A stretch of 64,000 bases of DNA from Gemmatimonadales bacterium (lineage in GTDB: Bacteria; Gemmatimonadota; Gemmatimonadetes; Gemmatimonadales; GWC2-71-9): the NCBI GenBank assembly GCA_050183815.1, contig JBFXAY010000005.1, positions 26,861-90,860 on the forward strand, written 5' to 3'. The translations under genes and the position numbers were made by a program. Shown one piece after another: positions 62,095-64,000 of this stretch. Numbering within the stretch: position 1 is the stretch's first letter; each line of letters starts with the position of its first letter. The notes beneath the pieces were generated by a model. It was not told the DNA's origin. It did not search any database and was given only the letters and a program-made list of their open reading frames with translations.

Positions 62095-63962
62095 AACCGG
62101 CCAAGCGGAAGACCAACTTCAAGGCGGCCTGGCAGGAAGCCAGGGCGCTCATCTGGCGGCATCGCGTGCGGCTCGGCTTCGGCCTGTCCCTCATGGTCGT
62201 AAGCCGCATGGCCGGACTGATTCTGCCCGCGAGCCCGAAGGTCCTCATCGACCATGTACTCGTCCCGGTGGGAACGCCGAGCGTCTGGGACAACATCCTG
62301 CCGCCCGACCGCGGCGACCGCCTCTGGCTGATCGCCGGCGTGGCGGCCCTGGCCACCCTCATCCAGTCGGTCACGTCGTTCGCCCTCACCCGGGTCCTCG
62401 GCGTCGCCGCCCAGCGGGCGATCACCGACATGCGCCGGAGCGTCATGGAGCACGTGATCCGGCTCCCGATCCGCACCTTCGACGCCACCCAGGTCGGGCA
62501 GCTCGTCAGCCGGATCATGACCGACGCCGAAGGGATCCGGAATCTGGTCGGCACCGGGCTCGCCCAGATCGCCGGCGGCCTCCTCCAGGCGATCGTGGTC
62601 CTCGGGATCCTCTTCTTCCTCAACTGGCAGCTCACCGCGATCACCCTGGTGGTCCTGCTGCTCTTCGCCGGCGGCATGGCGCTCGCCTTCACCCGGCTCC
62701 GGCCCCTTTTCCGGGAGCGGGCCAAAATCAACGCCGAGGTCACCGGCCGCCTGACCGAAACCCTGGGCGGCATTCGGGTGGTGAAGTCCTATGTGGCCGA
62801 GCGCCGCGAGCAGCTGATCTTCGCCCGCGGGGCGCACCGGCTCCTCCGGAACGTCGCGACCACCATGACGGGGATTTCGGCCGTCGGCGCCTTCTCGTCG
62901 CTGATCGTCGGATCGATCGGTGCGGTCATGATCGTCGTCGGCGGCGGCCGGGTGCTCGGCGGGTCGATGACGATGGGCGACTATTTCACCTACGCCCTGT
63001 TCACGGGCATGATGGCGTTTCCGCTGATCCAGCTGGCCTCGATCGGCACCCAGATCAGCGAGGCCTTCGCGGGACTCGACCGGATCCGGGAAATCAAGCA
63101 GGTCCCCACCGAGGACCAGGAGGACGAGTCGCGCCAGCACGTCGGCCCGATCAAGGGCGAGGTGGCGTTCGACCAGGTCTGGTTCGAATACCACGCCGGC
63201 ACGCCGGTCATCAAGGGCATCTCCTTCACCGCCCCATCCGGCACCACCACCGCCCTGGTGGGCTCGAGCGGCTCCGGCAAGAGCACGATCCTGAGCCTGG
63301 TGATGGCCTTCAACCGGCCGACCAAAGGCGCGATCCGGATCGACGGCCGCGACCTGGGCGACCTCCGTCTTGGCGAGTACCGACATCACCTCGGGATCGT
63401 CCTGCAGGACAATTTCCTGTTCGACGGGACCGTGGCGGACAACATCCGTTTCTCCCGGCCCGACGCCACAATGGAGGACGTGATCCGAGTGAGCCGGATC
63501 GCGCATTGTGACGAGTTCATCGACACGTTCGAGAAGAAGTACGACACGATCGTGGGCGAACGCGGCGTCCGGCTCTCGGGCGGCCAGCGACAGCGGGTCG
63601 CGATCGCCCGGGCCATCCTGGCGGAGCCCTCGATTCTCCTGCTCGACGAAGCCACGTCGAGCCTCGACAGCGAGAGCGAGGCGCTGATCCAGGACGGGCT
63701 CAAAGCGCTCCGCAGCGGCCGGACGACGTTCGTGATCGCCCACCGCCTCAGCACCATCATGAGCGCGGACCAGATCCTGGTGGTGGAGGAGGGGCAGATC
63801 GTCGAACGCGGCAGCCATGAAGAGCTCCTGGCCCAGGACGGCCGCTACCGGCAACTCTACGAAAAGCAGTATCGCCTCGAACGGGACCGCTTCATCAACC
63901 CGGGCGAGGACTTCACCACGCCGCTGACACCGAGCGCCGGGCGAGGTGGCGGGGTCGGCTGA
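62091..63962 (+). CDS. ABC exporter, fused permease/ATPase (MsbA-like type I half-transporter)
   Basis: Six N-terminal TM helices, Walker A GSSGSGKST, signature LSGGQRQR, Walker B ILLLDEATSSLD and H-loop IAHRLST. 4-nt overlap with the RND gene. Confidence 0.9.
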   Translation: MKPAKRKTNFKAAWQEARALIWRHRVRLGFGLSLMVVSRMAGLILPASPKVLIDHVLVPVGTPSVWDNILPPDRGDRLWLIAGVAALATLIQSVTSFALTRVLGVAAQRAITDMRRSVMEHVIRLPIRTFDATQVGQLVSRIMTDAEGIRNLVGTGLAQIAGGLLQAIVVLGILFFLNWQLTAITLVVLLLFAGGMALAFTRLRPLFRERAKINAEVTGRLTETLGGIRVVKSYVAERREQLIFARGAHRLLRNVATTMTGISAVGAFSSLIVGSIGAVMIVVGGGRVLGGSMTMGDYFTYALFTGMMAFPLIQLASIGTQISEAFAGLDRIREIKQVPTEDQEDESRQHVGPIKGEVAFDQVWFEYHAGTPVIKGISFTAPSGTTTALVGSSGSGKSTILSLVMAFNRPTKGAIRIDGRDLGDLRLGEYRHHLGIVLQDNFLFDGTVADNIRFSRPDATMEDVIRVSRIAHCDEFIDTFEKKYDTIVGERGVRLSGGQRQRVAIARAILAEPSILLLDEATSSLDSESEALIQDGLKALRSGRTTFVIAHRLSTIMSADQILVVEEGQIVERGSHEELLAQDGRYRQLYEKQYRLERDRFINPGEDFTTPLTPSAGRGGGVG

Positions 63963-64000
63963 GCGCCGGCCGTTGGATGGAACCGATCGGGCCCGTGTGG

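Noticed and set aside
61989-63854. 621-aa minus-strand ORF
   Set aside because: It is antisense to the ABC exporter gene, which has a complete Walker A, signature, Walker B and H-loop set.
1-64000. Search for CRISPR arrays, IS elements, integrases, prophage genes, tRNA/rRNA genes or GC-skewed islands
   Set aside because: No regularly spaced direct repeats, no transposase, integrase or recombinase-like ORFs, and no terminal inverted repeats were seen. The only AT-rich patches are promoter-sized at 40 bp or less. The window looks like core chromosome.

Overview
By eye this is a high-GC (roughly 70%) chromosomal segment from a diderm bacterium. LolA, TolC, TonB, Omp85 and RND genes are all present. 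The gene content and style suggest Gemmatimonadota, but that is a low-confidence guess. I support 63 protein-coding genes, tightly packed, with many 1-4 nt start/stop overlaps. I found no rRNA, tRNA, CRISPR array, transposase, integrase or prophage signature. Most of the very long ORFs in the six-frame track are antisense or out-of-frame artefacts of the GC bias; for several, only the C-terminal part is a real gene.

The backbone is housekeeping:
- smc and lolA
- an rpmE-prfA-prmC-ylbF-like-tmk operon that ends in an S41 peptidase homolog
- a sigma-70 factor and yajQ
- pxpABC, a comM/yifB-like gene and arfB
- a TetR-TolC-MFP-RND operon with a coupled ABC exporter

The best candidates for an undescribed system are:
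1. A translationally coupled cluster of membrane protein, DUF4129, DUF4350, MoxR and DUF58, with a divergent RDD::SpoIIM-like fusion gene (44.7-51.4 kb).
2. A five-gene, 4-nt-overlap operon of LarE-like PP-loop ATPase, ThpR, a membrane protein, an orphan sigma54 activator and a second membrane protein (21.7-25.5 kb). It sits divergent from arfB and a DUF4031-like gene.
3. An SPFH / ribbon-helix-helix module preceded by three GATATC hexamers at 11-bp phasing.
4. An ECF sigma / anti-sigma / 2x DUF4097 operon with unusual Asp/Arg repeats and a strictly alternating amphipathic tail.

Two enzymes appear to have degenerate catalytic or metal residues: the S41 peptidase homolog and the D-aminoacylase homolog.

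All family calls come from by-eye motif recognition. No database search was run.
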